64,000 bases of DNA from the NCBI GenBank assembly GCA_905178155.1, contig CAJINV010000004.1, positions 4,201,082-4,265,081 on the forward strand, given 5' to 3'. The notes below the pieces were generated by a model. That model saw only the letters and a program-made list of their open reading frames with translations. It was not told the DNA's origin and searched no databases. The stretch comes from Amoebophrya sp. A120. Its lineage: Eukaryota; Protista; Dinoflagellata. The translations under genes and the position numbers were made by a program. Of the stretch, positions 1-11,200 are shown one piece after another. The stretch's first letter is position 1, and the number at the start of each line of letters is the position of its first letter.

Positions 1-3000
1 CAACACACCCATAGCACGCCGGTCGCGGGTGGCAGTTCCTCGTCGAAGGGACTGGTGCTGCGCGTGGACAAAGTCGCGGAGATACCAACGGCGGCGTTGA
101 GCAAAAAGCAGGGCGCACTCAGCATATGGACGAGCTCTCAAATGTTACATTTCCAACTCTTACACGAATTTGTATTGCAAGAATCGCAAAAGTGAAAGTC
201 AAAGAACGGAGGTCGTTGCACCTGTAGCATTGCAAATTCCGCATGGATAATTTCGGTGCTGTTTAGCCTTTCCAAAATTTGTCATGCGAAGTAGCTTGAT
301 CGTGGCGAAGATGTTGATAGTGATTCTGCATGACAAGAAATCGCGTAGCATTTGAGAATGTAACGCTTGAGAACGCCATACAGCATCCGGGCGGGATACG
401 GGACCGATCCGCAGACCTTCAAGTTGAGGACGCAGGAACAGGTTTTTTTTTATACATATGACAAGTCTACTGCTTCTTTTATTTTAATTATGTATCGCTC
501 TCAGGATGTCTAGAAAAAAAAAATATTATAGAACTTCTAAAAACGCTATAGAGATTCTCACGCATAGACATTCTGACTCTCATAGATGTTCTCGCTGCTC
601 TTTGTTGAAAACAATAATTGGCACACGGTGCGCGCTTCGGATTTTTGTTTTGGAGGGGCGCGGGCGTCCTCTCGTATTCTGCCTGCGCTTGGCGCCGGGA
701 AAATGGCATTGCGCCTACCGCGCGCGCTTCCCTAGGCGCCGTCGCTGACAGTGGTGATGGTATGCGCGTGCCCATTCTGTATTGCTCTGTGGCCGGGAGA
801 AAAATTTGGAGCGCCGCGCGCACGCAGACACCCTGGCCCGAGCAGGGGGCGGATGCTTCCTTATTTCCTTTTGCTATCAGGGGCCGGCCGAAAAAAAATT
901 TTCGCGCGCGCCGCGCCCACTCAGGCGCGCGCCATGACCGGGCAGGCGTAGAGGCCCTTCCCTATGCGTGCCCGGTAGCCGCGCGCTTGCCGAGAATTTT
1001 TTTTCGTGCACAGCGCATGCGCAAGCGCTTTGGCCTGAGGGCGTGGAAGGTATTCTTTCGTGTCCGGAAACCCGGGGCGGGCCGGAAAAATATTCTGCGA
1101 GCGCGCGCTGCGTGTGCGCAGACGCCTTGGCGGGGGGGCGCGGAGCGAATGTTTTTTGCGCGTCCAGCAGCGAGGGCGGCGCGCCGGAAAAAAAAAAGTT
1201 GCGCGCGCGCGCATGCGCATGCGCCCCGACCTGAAGGCGCGGAAGCCTTTGGTCGTTCCCAGCTATCGAGGGCCGCCCGATCGAAAAAAGTCTTTCGCCC
1301 GTTGCGCGCCCGCAGACGCCTTTGCCTGTCTGAGGGCGGTTGCCCTCCAGGCGGGGCCTCGGCGGCAAATATTTGTCGTGCGCTCGCTGCGCGCGCGCAG
1401 GCGCCTCGGCCTCGGGGCGCGGAAGGTTTTCGGTGCGTTCGGCAGTCGGGGGCCGTCCGGGAAAAAGTTTGCGCGTGTTGCGCGCACGCAGACCGCCCTG
1501 GCCTTGGGTGAGCGTGGGAGGTGCCTCTCCATGGCCGGCTAAAAGGCGTTGACCGGAAAAAACCTCGCGTGGGTGCGCCGCGCGCATCCTCACCATGTAC
1601 GGCGTCAGGGTGTGGGCTGTTTTATTTTTTTCGCGCCCCGCGATCGGGGGCCGGCCGGTAAAAAATTTTCCGCGCGCACAGCGCGCGCACGCCTTGGCCC
1701 GAGGGTGTAGAAGATCTTTTGCTCGCCCGGTGGTCGGGGGCTTGTCGAGAAAAATTTTTCGCGAGCCGCGCGCGCACAGTAGTTTTCTTTTGGCCCACAG
1801 GCGAGGAAAGTCTTTTCCGCAACCGGGCGCCAGTTGAAAACAAATTTTCGCGCGCGCGCGCCTGCGCGCGCGTCTTCCTTGGCCTGAGGGCGTGCGTAGA
1901 CGCTCTTTTTCACGCCCGGCGGGGGTCGGGGGCCTGTCGAGAAAAAATTATCGCGCGTTGCGCGCGCGCGGGCACATTAGTTTTCTTTTGGCCCGTAGGC
2001 GATGAAATTTTTTCTCGCAACCGGGGGCCAGCTGAAAAAAAATTTTCGCGCGCGCGCGCGGAGCGCGCGCGTCTTCCTTGGCCTGAGGGCGTGCCTGGGC
2101 GCTCTTCTTCACGCCCGGCGGCCGGGGGCCTGTCGAGAAAATATTTTCGCGCGTTGCGCGCGCGCGGGCACATTAGTTTTCTTTTGGCCCGTAGACGAGG
2201 AATTTTTTTTCCGCAACCGGGGGCAAGCTGAAAAAAGACTTTAGCGCGCGCGCGCGCCTTCCTTGGCCCGCGGGCGTGCGTGGAAGGTTTTCTTCTCACC
2301 CGGAGGTCGGGGGCTTGTCGAGAAAAAATTTTCGCGCGCTGCGCGCGCGCGGACGCATTAGTTTTCTTTTGGCCCGTAGGCGAAGAAATTTTTTTCCGCA
2401 ACCGGGGGCCAGCTGAAAAAAAACTTTAGCGCGCGCGCGCTGCGCGCGCGCGCCTTCCTTGGCCCGAGGGCGTGCCTGCGTGGAAGGTTTTCTTCTCACC
2501 CGGAGGTCGGGGGCTTGTCGAGAAAAAATTCCCGCGCGCTGCGCGCGCGCGGACGCGTTAGTTTTCTTTTGGCCCGTAGGCGAGGAAATTTTTTTCCGCA
2601 AGAAATTTTGTTTCCGCAACCGGGGACCAGCTGAGAAAAAATTTTCGCGCGCGCGCACAGCGCTCGCGCGCCTTCCTTGGCCTGAGGGCGTGCTTGGAAG
2701 GTTTTCCTCTCACCCGGAGGTCGGGGGCTTGTCGAGAAAATATTTTCGCGCGCTGCGCGCGCGCGGGCGCATTAGTTTTCTTCCGGCCCGTAGGCGAGGA
2801 AATTTTTTTCCGTAAGAAATTTTTTTCCGCAACCGGGGGCCGGCTGAAAAAAAACTTTAGCGCGCTGCGTGCGCGCGCGCGCCTTTCTTTGCGTGGGTGA
2901 GTCAGTGGCTTGAGACTTTTTTTCACGCCCGGCGGCCGGGGGCTTGCTGGAAAAAAAATATCGCGCGCTGTGCGCGCACACATGTTGGCCAGGGGGCGCG

Positions 3001-6000
3001 GCGAGGTGTTGCTTGCACCCGGCAACCGGGGCTGCCGGAAGAAATAGAGCAAATTTTCGCCACCGCCCCCTGCCCGCCCGCAGGCGCCGGCCTTGGTCTG
3101 CGGGCGGGCGCGGAGGTTTTTTTCGCGCCGCCCCCTCGGGGTCTTGCCGGGAAAATATTCGCGGCGCGCAGGCGCCTTGTTCTGGCGCGCTTTTGCTTGC
3201 GTCCGGCGTCCGGGCAGTCCCGGAAACGACTTTCGCGCGCCGCGCGCGCGCAGCCGCCTTAGCTTGAGATGGGCGCAGAAAGTTTTTCTTCAATATGAGG
3301 AAAGCTGTTCGCCTGCTAGCAAGGTGATGACGATGGTGATGAATCGCGCGCGGCTACCGGGTGTTGGCCGGAAAAAAACTTACCGCGCGCTGCGTGCGCA
3401 TAGTGGCCGTGGCGTTAGAGGGTGGGCGGGGCCGCTTCTTTCGTGTCCACGATTGGGGGTTTGCCGGAAAAAAAATTCCGCGCGCTCCGCGCGCGCAAGC
3501 CTTTGTGTGGAGCCTTTCTCTCCGCCCGGCATTCGTTGAGCTCGGCGCGCTGGATGGAGGATTTCTTCCGGATTTCTATCGGATTTTTCTGTTTAAAAAA
3601 AATTTTTTTTTGTTTAGCTTTGTTGCCTTTGTCGATTTCGCTAGCGCTTTTGTCGCCGTCTCCGCTCGTCGTTAGGGCCATGCGCTTGCTTTTCGTCTTT
3701 GTTCGCTTGTGGGGCTCAGGCACCTCCGCCGGCGCGCATCTTCGCGAGGTTTGGGCGCCTTTCGGGCTCGCGGGTGGCGGCTGCGGGTGTGCTTTCGCCT
3801 CTGGCTTGGCGGCCTCGTCGCGTAGATTTCTACGTCTTGGACATGAAGATGTCTACGTCTTTGTCTTCTCCCGGATATGGTCCGGATTTCTCTGAATTTA
3901 ATAATTCGGCGCGATCCGGATTTCCTAAGCCAGTAAGTCTGGATTTCTATACGCCGCGTTGAAAATATATGAATTCGTGGTAGGTCTGGATTTCTAATAT
4001 CTGCACTTTCCCGCCCCGCCTCTTTTCCGCCGCCTCCGCGGATTCGCGAGAAATCCTGGCGGGCAAGGCGAGGCGTCGGGGGGGTCCGGCGAAGGAGGTC
4101 CGAGAGAAATCCGGGAGAAAATCTGCGGGCGTCCGGGCGACGGCGACCGAGGAGAACCACAAAGGGGGGAGGCCCATCACCCAGGCGGAGGCCACCGGCT
4201 GCCCGCGCCCGCATTCGGGCGGACCTTTGTGGTCGGTCTGGCCTTGCGTTTTTCTTCTTGTGCGTGATCGGCGGGCAAGGAGCCGGCCGGAAAGCGGAGC
4301 GCGCGCCCCCGCCTTCCGAGAGAAATCCTAAGAAATCCGGAAAGCGGCGCCCATCCAGGCGCGCCCAGCTCAACATTCGGGGGCGGGCTGGCGAAAATTT
4401 TTCGCGCGCGCGCGCGCACATGTTGGCCCGGGGGCGCGGTTGGGGACTTTTTGCGGACCCGCCCCCCTTCCGGGGCCGGCCCGGCTGAAAGAAAGAATAA
4501 AGTAAATTGTTCGCGCGCTGCGCGCACGCAACCTCCTTGGCCTCCGGGCCCGGGGCGTTTTTTTCGCGCCTAGCAGCCTGTGGCCGGCCTGGAAAAACTT
4601 TTTGCGCGTAACTTCCTTGGCCTGCGGGCCCGGCCGGAGTGTTTTTTCCGCGTCCAGCCTTTCCTTGGAGGCCCGCAGGGGAAAAAAAATTTTGCGCGCT
4701 GCGCGCACGCAGGCACATTGCCCCGGGGGCGCGGGGCGTTTTTTTCGCGTCCGGCCGTTGCTGGCTTGCCGGTCGGAAAAAAAGATCGCGCACTGCGCGC
4801 ACGCAGGCAGACTGGCCCGGGGGCGCGCACGCAGGCAGACTGACCCTTATGCCTTACCTGCAAAGAGCAAGGGCCTCGCCGTCCTTTTTTCGCATCTTTT
4901 CACTGTAGGTGAGCGCCCAGCTCCTCGGGGGGCCTAAGCGTCCGGCTTCTCGTAGCCGGAGAAGCTGGGCTTCCAGCTTCTCGTAGCCGGAGAAGCTGGC
5001 CTTCCAGCTTCTCGTAGAGCCGCCCGGGGAAGCTGGACTGTCAGCTTCTCGTAGAGCCGGGGAAGATGGACTTTCAGCTTCTCGTAGAGCCGGGGAAGCT
5101 GGACTTTCAGCTTCTCGTAGAGCCGGGGAAGCTGGACTTTCAGCTTGTCGTAGAGCCGGGGAAGCTGGGCTTTCAGCTTCTTGTAGAGCCGGGGAAGCTG
5201 GACTTCCAGCGTCTCGTAGAGCCGGGGAAGCTGGGCTTTCAGCTTCTTGTAGAGCCGGGGAAGCTGGACTTCCAGCGTCTCGTAGAGCCGGGGAAGCTGG
5301 ACGCCCAGCTTCTCGTAGAGCCGGGGCAGCTGGACTTCCAGCTTCTCGTAGAGCCGGGGAAGCTGGACTTCCAGCTTCTCGTAGAGCCGGGGAGGCTGAG
5401 CTGCCGGCTTCTCGCAACCAGGGAAGCTGGACTGTTAGCTGCTCGGAGCAGGAGTGCTGGCGTTCTGGCTGCCAGAATCTAGAAGCTAGATTTCTAGATT
5501 TCTAGAACCTAGAAATCTAGATTTCCAGACTTCTAGATTTCTAGATTTCTAGACATCTAGTTTCTAGATTCTTGGCCGCCAAAGTCTAGAAACAAATCTA
5601 GAGGCTACGGAACCCAGAACCGCTATCCCAATAGACGTTCTGGGGTCAGAAGCTCTATTGCAATAGACGTTCTGACTCCAGAACCTCTATTGTGATAGAG
5701 GTTCTGGGTCCAGAAGGTACGAGATAGAGCTTCCCAAGCTAGAAAATGTCAAGAAACAGTGAAAAGATTAGAAAAAAAACAAAAAAATCAAAGAGCAACG
5801 AAATCAGTAAGAAAAATAAAGAAAAGAAGAAAAAAGAAAGACTGTAGAAAATCTAGAAAAAGCTTAGAAATCTAGAAAACCTAGAACATCTATGGAGAAG
5901 TTAGAAAATGGTCGAGAACCTCTATCAATAGAGGTTCTTTTAGAAGTTCTTGAATATTTTAACTTAAGTGACCCCATATGTAGAAGATGTGTTGACTGTA

Positions 6001-7361
6001 AGTGTGTTGACTCGAGCTTTATGCACACAGCATGCTATGCGTGTTCAAGCTCCTCCGCGTTGTTCCATCGATCCAGATCTTCAGCACAGTAACGATCATA
6101 CGCTCCTGCTTAGCTTAGTCGTCTCGTCGTCCCATCCTGATTCAGGAACAGAGCGAGTCAATCCATCTTGAAACACGACCGGAGTACAGATGTGAATCAG
6201 TGCTCCGCTCTGAATCATTCACACCAAAAGATGCGAACTCGACCGCTTTCCGTATGCTGATGAATGTGTTCAGAATTCCTAACAAAGTGTAAACCCTTCA
6301 AACGCTGCAAGTAATAAATCACTTATTTTCACAGAAACCCAAAGTGCCGGACGGGCAGAAGACGGCGCGGGCGATTTTCCAGCAGAGTGTCCAGCTGGAA
6401 GAGGTGAGCGATGTTGACAACTCCCCGAAGAAGCTTCTAACCGTGGCGTTGTTTGAGAACGACAAACTGATCAGCAGCGCCCTTCTATCATTTGTAAAAA
6501 CGTCCCCACCCATAGTCAAGTTGGGAATCTAGCAACACAACTCTCCAAGCTTCGGGAGCTGTGCATGACAAGTTTCCCTCTGCAGTGTAGTGCTGATTGG
6601 CAAGAGGAGGCGCATGAGAAAGCCACTTTCGCATCCTGTTTACAGCATTACAGATTCCAAAACACGATTGGAAATTCCTCTCATGGAGCTGCGCATTACA
6701 AATGTCCCTGTCGTTGCGCATTTGCATGCCAACTCTGGTGTGGGGACGTTAGTTTTTACTCAGGATACCTTCTGGAGGACCTGCAGGCGTACAAGAAGGC
6801 GTTTGCCACGGTGCAGCTGAAGGACGCGAAGGGGAAGAAGTATCCTGTGCAAAAGTATCGTACTCGTAGTAAAAATGATCGCAGTCATGCATTACAAATC
6901 TGGTTCCATAGGCAAATCCGCATGACAAATTCCATTTGTCATGCTGAGCGAATTTGTATCGCAATCACTACTAGTACGATACTTTTGCACTGCATAAGAA
7001 GTGCGGCTACGCAAATGTTCGATTAGACGATCCGAAGACCGCTATGAAAGTGCACAACTTCTCCCCCTCCCTCGTTAGTATTGCATGAACAGCAATACAA
7101 ACACCAGCGCACAGGGAGCCTATGCATGACATCAAATCTATGTACCTAAATGTAGTACTACTGTTTGGGCTTCCTGAATTATATGATGTCATGCATAATA
7201 GTGACCGAACCCCAAGGGAGCAGCTGACATTGTGGATTTTGCATGAGAAATGAGAACGAGGGGGAGTTCCTTCGTTGTGCACTGTGATAACCGCCGCCAC
7301 ACCCAGTTCCACGGGGAAAACGGAGGAAGAAGAAGCCGAAGAGGAGGCGGAAGAGGAGTAG
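1..7361 (+). CDS. C2-like domain protein, 5' end outside window
   Basis: Removing introners 125-380, 6486-6767, 6841-6996, 7043-7289 (plus one TSD each) and GT-AG intron 442-6334 gives ...LVLRVDKVAEIP..LSIRAGYG..FKLRTQEQKPKV..AIFQQSVQL..LTVALFENDKLISSALL..VQLKDAKGKKCGYANVRL..EEEAEEE* (TAG 7359-7361). C2 call is from beta-strand pattern only. Confidence 0.65.
125..380. mobile_element. Introner family D
   Basis: TATGG..CTCAAATGTTACATT / AATGTAACGCTTGAGAACGCCATA; TSD CAGCA/CAGCA. Confidence 0.85.
780..3500. repeat. GC-rich satellite with ~95-bp subunits and ~190-210-bp higher-order unit, alternating A/T tracts and (CG)n runs
   Basis: TGTCGAGA anchor at ~1743, 1935, 2131, 2316, 2516, 2730; degenerate copies flank this core and recur at ~4390-4840. 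Confidence 0.8.
4944..5432. repeat. 33-bp tandem repeat (~13 copies), each a hairpin
   Basis: Unit GACTTCCAGCTTCTCGTAGAGCCGGGGAAGCTG with CAGCTTC/GAAGCTG inverted arms. Confidence 0.92.
5475..5740. repeat. TCTAGA(TT) micro-array followed by ~32-bp palindromic repeats
   Basis: Many TCTAGA at 5478-5602; CAATAGACGTTCTG-N4-CAGAA.CTCTATTG about 3 times at 5629-5715. Confidence 0.8.
6486..6767. mobile_element. Introner family B
   Basis: TATCATTTGTAAAAACGTCCCCAC / GTGGGGACGTTAGTTTTTACTCAGGATA; TSD CCTTC. Confidence 0.92.
6841..6996. mobile_element. Introner family A (TATCCTGT end first)
   Basis: TATCCTGTGCAAAAGTATCGTACT / AGTACGATACTTTTGCACTGCATA; TSD AGAAG. Confidence 0.93.
7043..7289. mobile_element. 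Introner family C
   Basis: TATGAAAGTGCACAAC / GTTGTGCACTGTGATA; TSD ACCGC. Confidence 0.9.
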
Positions 7362-8258
7362 AAGCTAGAGCTGGTGCCGTTGGGAGAAGTGAGTGCAAGT
7401 GGAACATCAACAGTCGACGGCTCCTCGTCTCCTAGTTGATTTCTTTGAACACCAACTCCAGCGCGCACGACAGCCTCGTCCTGCCGAGTTGTTGCCTGCT
7501 GGGTTGAGTTCGAAAGAAAACAATTACAATTTTCTGAGTCCTTGTTGTACGCAGTAGAGCTGAGAAAATCAAAAGGAACTTGATGATGGTGCAGAAGTGC
7601 AGCGTGTGTTGGTTCGTCGCACTGACAATGTCACCAGTGTCTTCTGGTACTACAACGAAAGTGCTGCAACTAGGGCTAGTGTATTAAATGTAGTCGTGTA
7701 GCGACGATGAAATTAATTTTACGGCATGGTGAAAATCAAAACTAATAACTGCTGATCCTGATGTTCACCATTACTCGGGACGAAGAGCCGTGTTCGTATT
7801 TGTCTACGAGGACCCTTGTTGTCCTCCATGACGATGGGGATGGCGAGTACGTTGTACTGCAGCCGTCCTGGTTGTAGTACAACTAGGTCTGGAGAGATGA
7901 AACACAGCAGGACCGACGCGTAGTCGTGCTCGTGTCAAAGAAAACAGGTGCTGCGGAGCGCTTGCACTTTATTTCTAGATAGAACTTCTAGGTGAAGAGT
8001 GCGAGGAGAGTTATTGTTCTCAATCATACGATCGCCCGATCATGATGCTCCTTCAAAGTGGTTCAATGAATTAAACCCAAACATGTCGTGGTCCGTGACT
8101 TTATACCAAAGAGTCGTCGTTGTCGTTCACCCCTCGCAAGAACTCTAATTCTTCTGCTTGCTTTCCGTCCCGTTGGTGTACTAGTCCGACGCTTCGTGGT
8201 TCGTGTTGCGTGCCTCTATTAGTGCAGCGGTCCAGCCCGTTGGTTTTCGGCGAAAGAG

Positions 8259-11200
8259 ATGGAGCTGCTTCACGTGGGTCACCACATGAGCCTGTTTGCA
8301 ACCAGTTTCTTCTACGGAGGGGGCGGTGGAGGTCAAGGAGGTATCAACAACAACTATGATTGGCAGCACGCTTATTTTTCCGGTCAAGAAGACCTCGCGG
8401 TCCACGATCTTCGCCATGATGCAAGTTCGACAACATCATCGCACAGTTCATCCTCATCATCCTCTACTTCGCGATACAACGCCAGACAACTCGCGAGCAC
8501 TACCGCGGGCACCGCTGCGCCACTGCTGACGGAGGCGGACGAAAGTCTGCGGTTGCGGGTGCAAATCCTCTTGTTCTTCACGTTTATCTATGCATTGCAA
8601 AACTATCGTACTAGTATTGCATTACAAATTTTAATTTTTTCTAGAACAAAATAAAATGCAGTTTGTCATGCTATACCAGGTAAAAAGTATAGATCTGTGA
8701 TACACGATTGCAATTAGTACGAGTGCGATGCTTTTGCATTAGATATTATCGCTGCGGGCGTGGGCGTGTACCGCACCAAATATGCGTCGCTCACCGAAGC
8801 AGCCCGGGTCACGTCGACTGCGGTTGAGAAGAATTTCAAATTCACCTACCTTGGTGCGTACCTCCTCGCAATGCTCGCGGACTGGCTGCAGGTACTAGTG
8901 CATCAAACTTTCGGTTTTCATTGTAGTTTGCGGATCATCTGTGAAGCTGAATCCAGATAAAAACAAAAAGTACTACACGCAGTTCTTGTCATCTTCTCAC
9001 ACCAGCTGGAGATGGAATAAAGTAGAATGCTGCACAACGAAGTTCAACTTGTTGTACAAGACAGCCACTATCTATTACTTTCATTTTTTTACATTCGTTC
9101 TTCCATTCGCTCATTACGGCATAATAATTACCACACGACGACCTCCTCCCACTTCTAGGGCCCCTACGTCTACGCCTTGTACGCAGCCTACGGATTTTCG
9201 CACGAGGACAACTCGCGTCTCTTCATTTTCGGGTTCGGCAGCAGCATGCTGTTCGGCACCTTCATTGGCGGCTACGCGGACAAGCACGGCCGGAAAAAGT
9301 TCGCGATCCTGTACTGCATCGTGTACGCTCTGTCCTGCTGTACGAAACATTTCAACTCCTTCTTCATGCTCTCTGTAGGACGCATATGCAATGTAAATTT
9401 CCTGTACATGTACAAAATGCATGACAAATTTCGCTACCTTGCAGAGCCCAGCTTGTCATGCTGCACTAGGATTGGAGGCAAGTTTTGTCATGCAGAAACC
9501 ACATTTGTACGTGTTACTGTGGATAACGCATCCTCGCGGGCGTGGCCACCAGTCTGCTGTATTCCGTGTTCGAGTCGTGGGTGGTTTGTGAACACGCGCA
9601 ACGGGCATTTTCAGATGACGTGCTTGGTATAATGTGTTTAAAAATGTTGAGGAAATCGAAGGCAGTCCACGACTTTATTATCCTTTCTGTAGTACCAGAA
9701 GTCCTCTTGGTGGTTTGTGAGGTGTGTCACGGATCACGAATACGAAAGTAGACACTACAGTACTTTGTGTGCCGTCTCGACGTTTTGGGCACGAGCTGAT
9801 GATTATTTTGGATTTTTCATAGGCGATTCCATCTTGTTCTCGCGTCCATCTGCCGGAGTCGGAGAACTTACATACTACAACCACACCTGCACAATAGTTC
9901 CTCGCATCGTCCCTTCAACTTTTGCTTTAATATCCATTCCACAGGTGACATTTTCTCATTGGCGATTTTCGGGAACAGTTGCGTGGCCATTTCCGTTATC
10001 AAGTGCAAAAATGTCTAGGTCTGATGAACGAGTGTAAACTTGTCATGCAGATTTTGCATGACCCATGAGGTCTGGAATGCGGGACTTAGCATGGCAGACG
10101 CTGCGAGGTCTCTGCCATCCCTGTCCTGCATGAGAAACTCCCTCCCAACTTGGTCGAAAGTGGACAGCTTTTGGCGCTCATGCAACACAGATTTTTGTAT
10201 GCTTCAGATTTACCATGACAAGGCACCACTTTCCAGACCCAGATATATTTGCAATTCATATCCGCGGGTTTTCTGGCGCAGTGGGTGTCCGACCTGATGC
10301 CGTTCACGAAGGTGACCGAGGTCTTTTACATTGGACAGTACACGAACCCGTTCGACTTTGCCATCGTCATTCTGCTTTTGTGCGCCGGCTGGGTGCACAC
10401 GCAATGGTGCGAGAACTACGGATCCTCGAGTCTGGCGGCTACAACTTCTAGCGAGAACAAGGACCTTATCCAAGAAAAAACTGTGTTAGTGTAGCTTTCT
10501 TTGGCTGACAGCATCACAGATTTGCTCTACATGACAGAGAAAACCTGTCATGCCTGGCTTCCAAGGAAAAACACACATGAAAAGAGGACTTCATGGCTGT
10601 CTGGCATGACAGGCGTAACTCTGTTGCATGTTCTGCATCTACAGAGTTACACGTTGCGCAGTTTTTTTCTTCCAAAGACCTCGAATCGGTCCCCCAGGAC
10701 GACAACGCACTGACCCTGGAGGTATGCAATGCAAAAGTATCGTACTCGTAGTATTGCATTACAAATTAGCTCAGCATGACAAATGATATTTCTGATGCTG
10801 ATTTAGCTTGAAGAAGAAATCTGTCTTGCATGACTGCGATTAGTACGAGTACGATACTTTTGCACAGGATAGGAGGAACAGGGCTTGGCCGCACCCGTAT
10901 CGAATGCAAATGTGTCATCTGGGTCTGGGAGAAAGCAGAGTTTGTCAACTTACTTGGCTTCTAGCATGACGACGACTCTCAGCTCATCTGTCCTGCATGA
11001 TACTTTTTACCAGCAATAAAGAGCCCCACTGTTCTTTCATGACCAAAATCGCACGAAGACGCGGTTTGTCATACCGAAGCTACTTGCGCCCGTCAATATA
11101 AGGTTTATTCCTTCGTCCTGATTCTCCATCGATTTCGATCTCCAGCCCCCCCGCCGGCATCACAAGTAAGTTTCCAGACCCAAACAGCGTCATATTTGCT

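Larger units (their letters stand above)
520..5960. mobile_element. Large non-coding element bounded by imperfect inverted repeats, inside intron 442-6334
   Basis: AAAATATTATAGAACTTCTAAAA (~520-542) matches the reverse complement of TTTTAGAAGTTCTTGAATATTTT (5938-5960). CATAGATGTTCT (581-592) pairs with AGAACATCTATG (5883-5894). Interior is GC-rich repeat DNA. No clear TSD. Confidence 0.55.

Noticed and set aside
488-4937. Many Arg/Ala/Phe-rich ORFs on both strands
   Set aside because: Products of stop-poor GC satellite DNA inside an intron; no domain signal.
4854-5482. 33-bp array as a CRISPR array or repeat protein (SPASPALREAG / DFQLLVEPGKL)
   Set aside because: Head-to-tail units without unique spacers, no cas genes, eukaryotic context; the ORFs arise because the unit length is divisible by 3.
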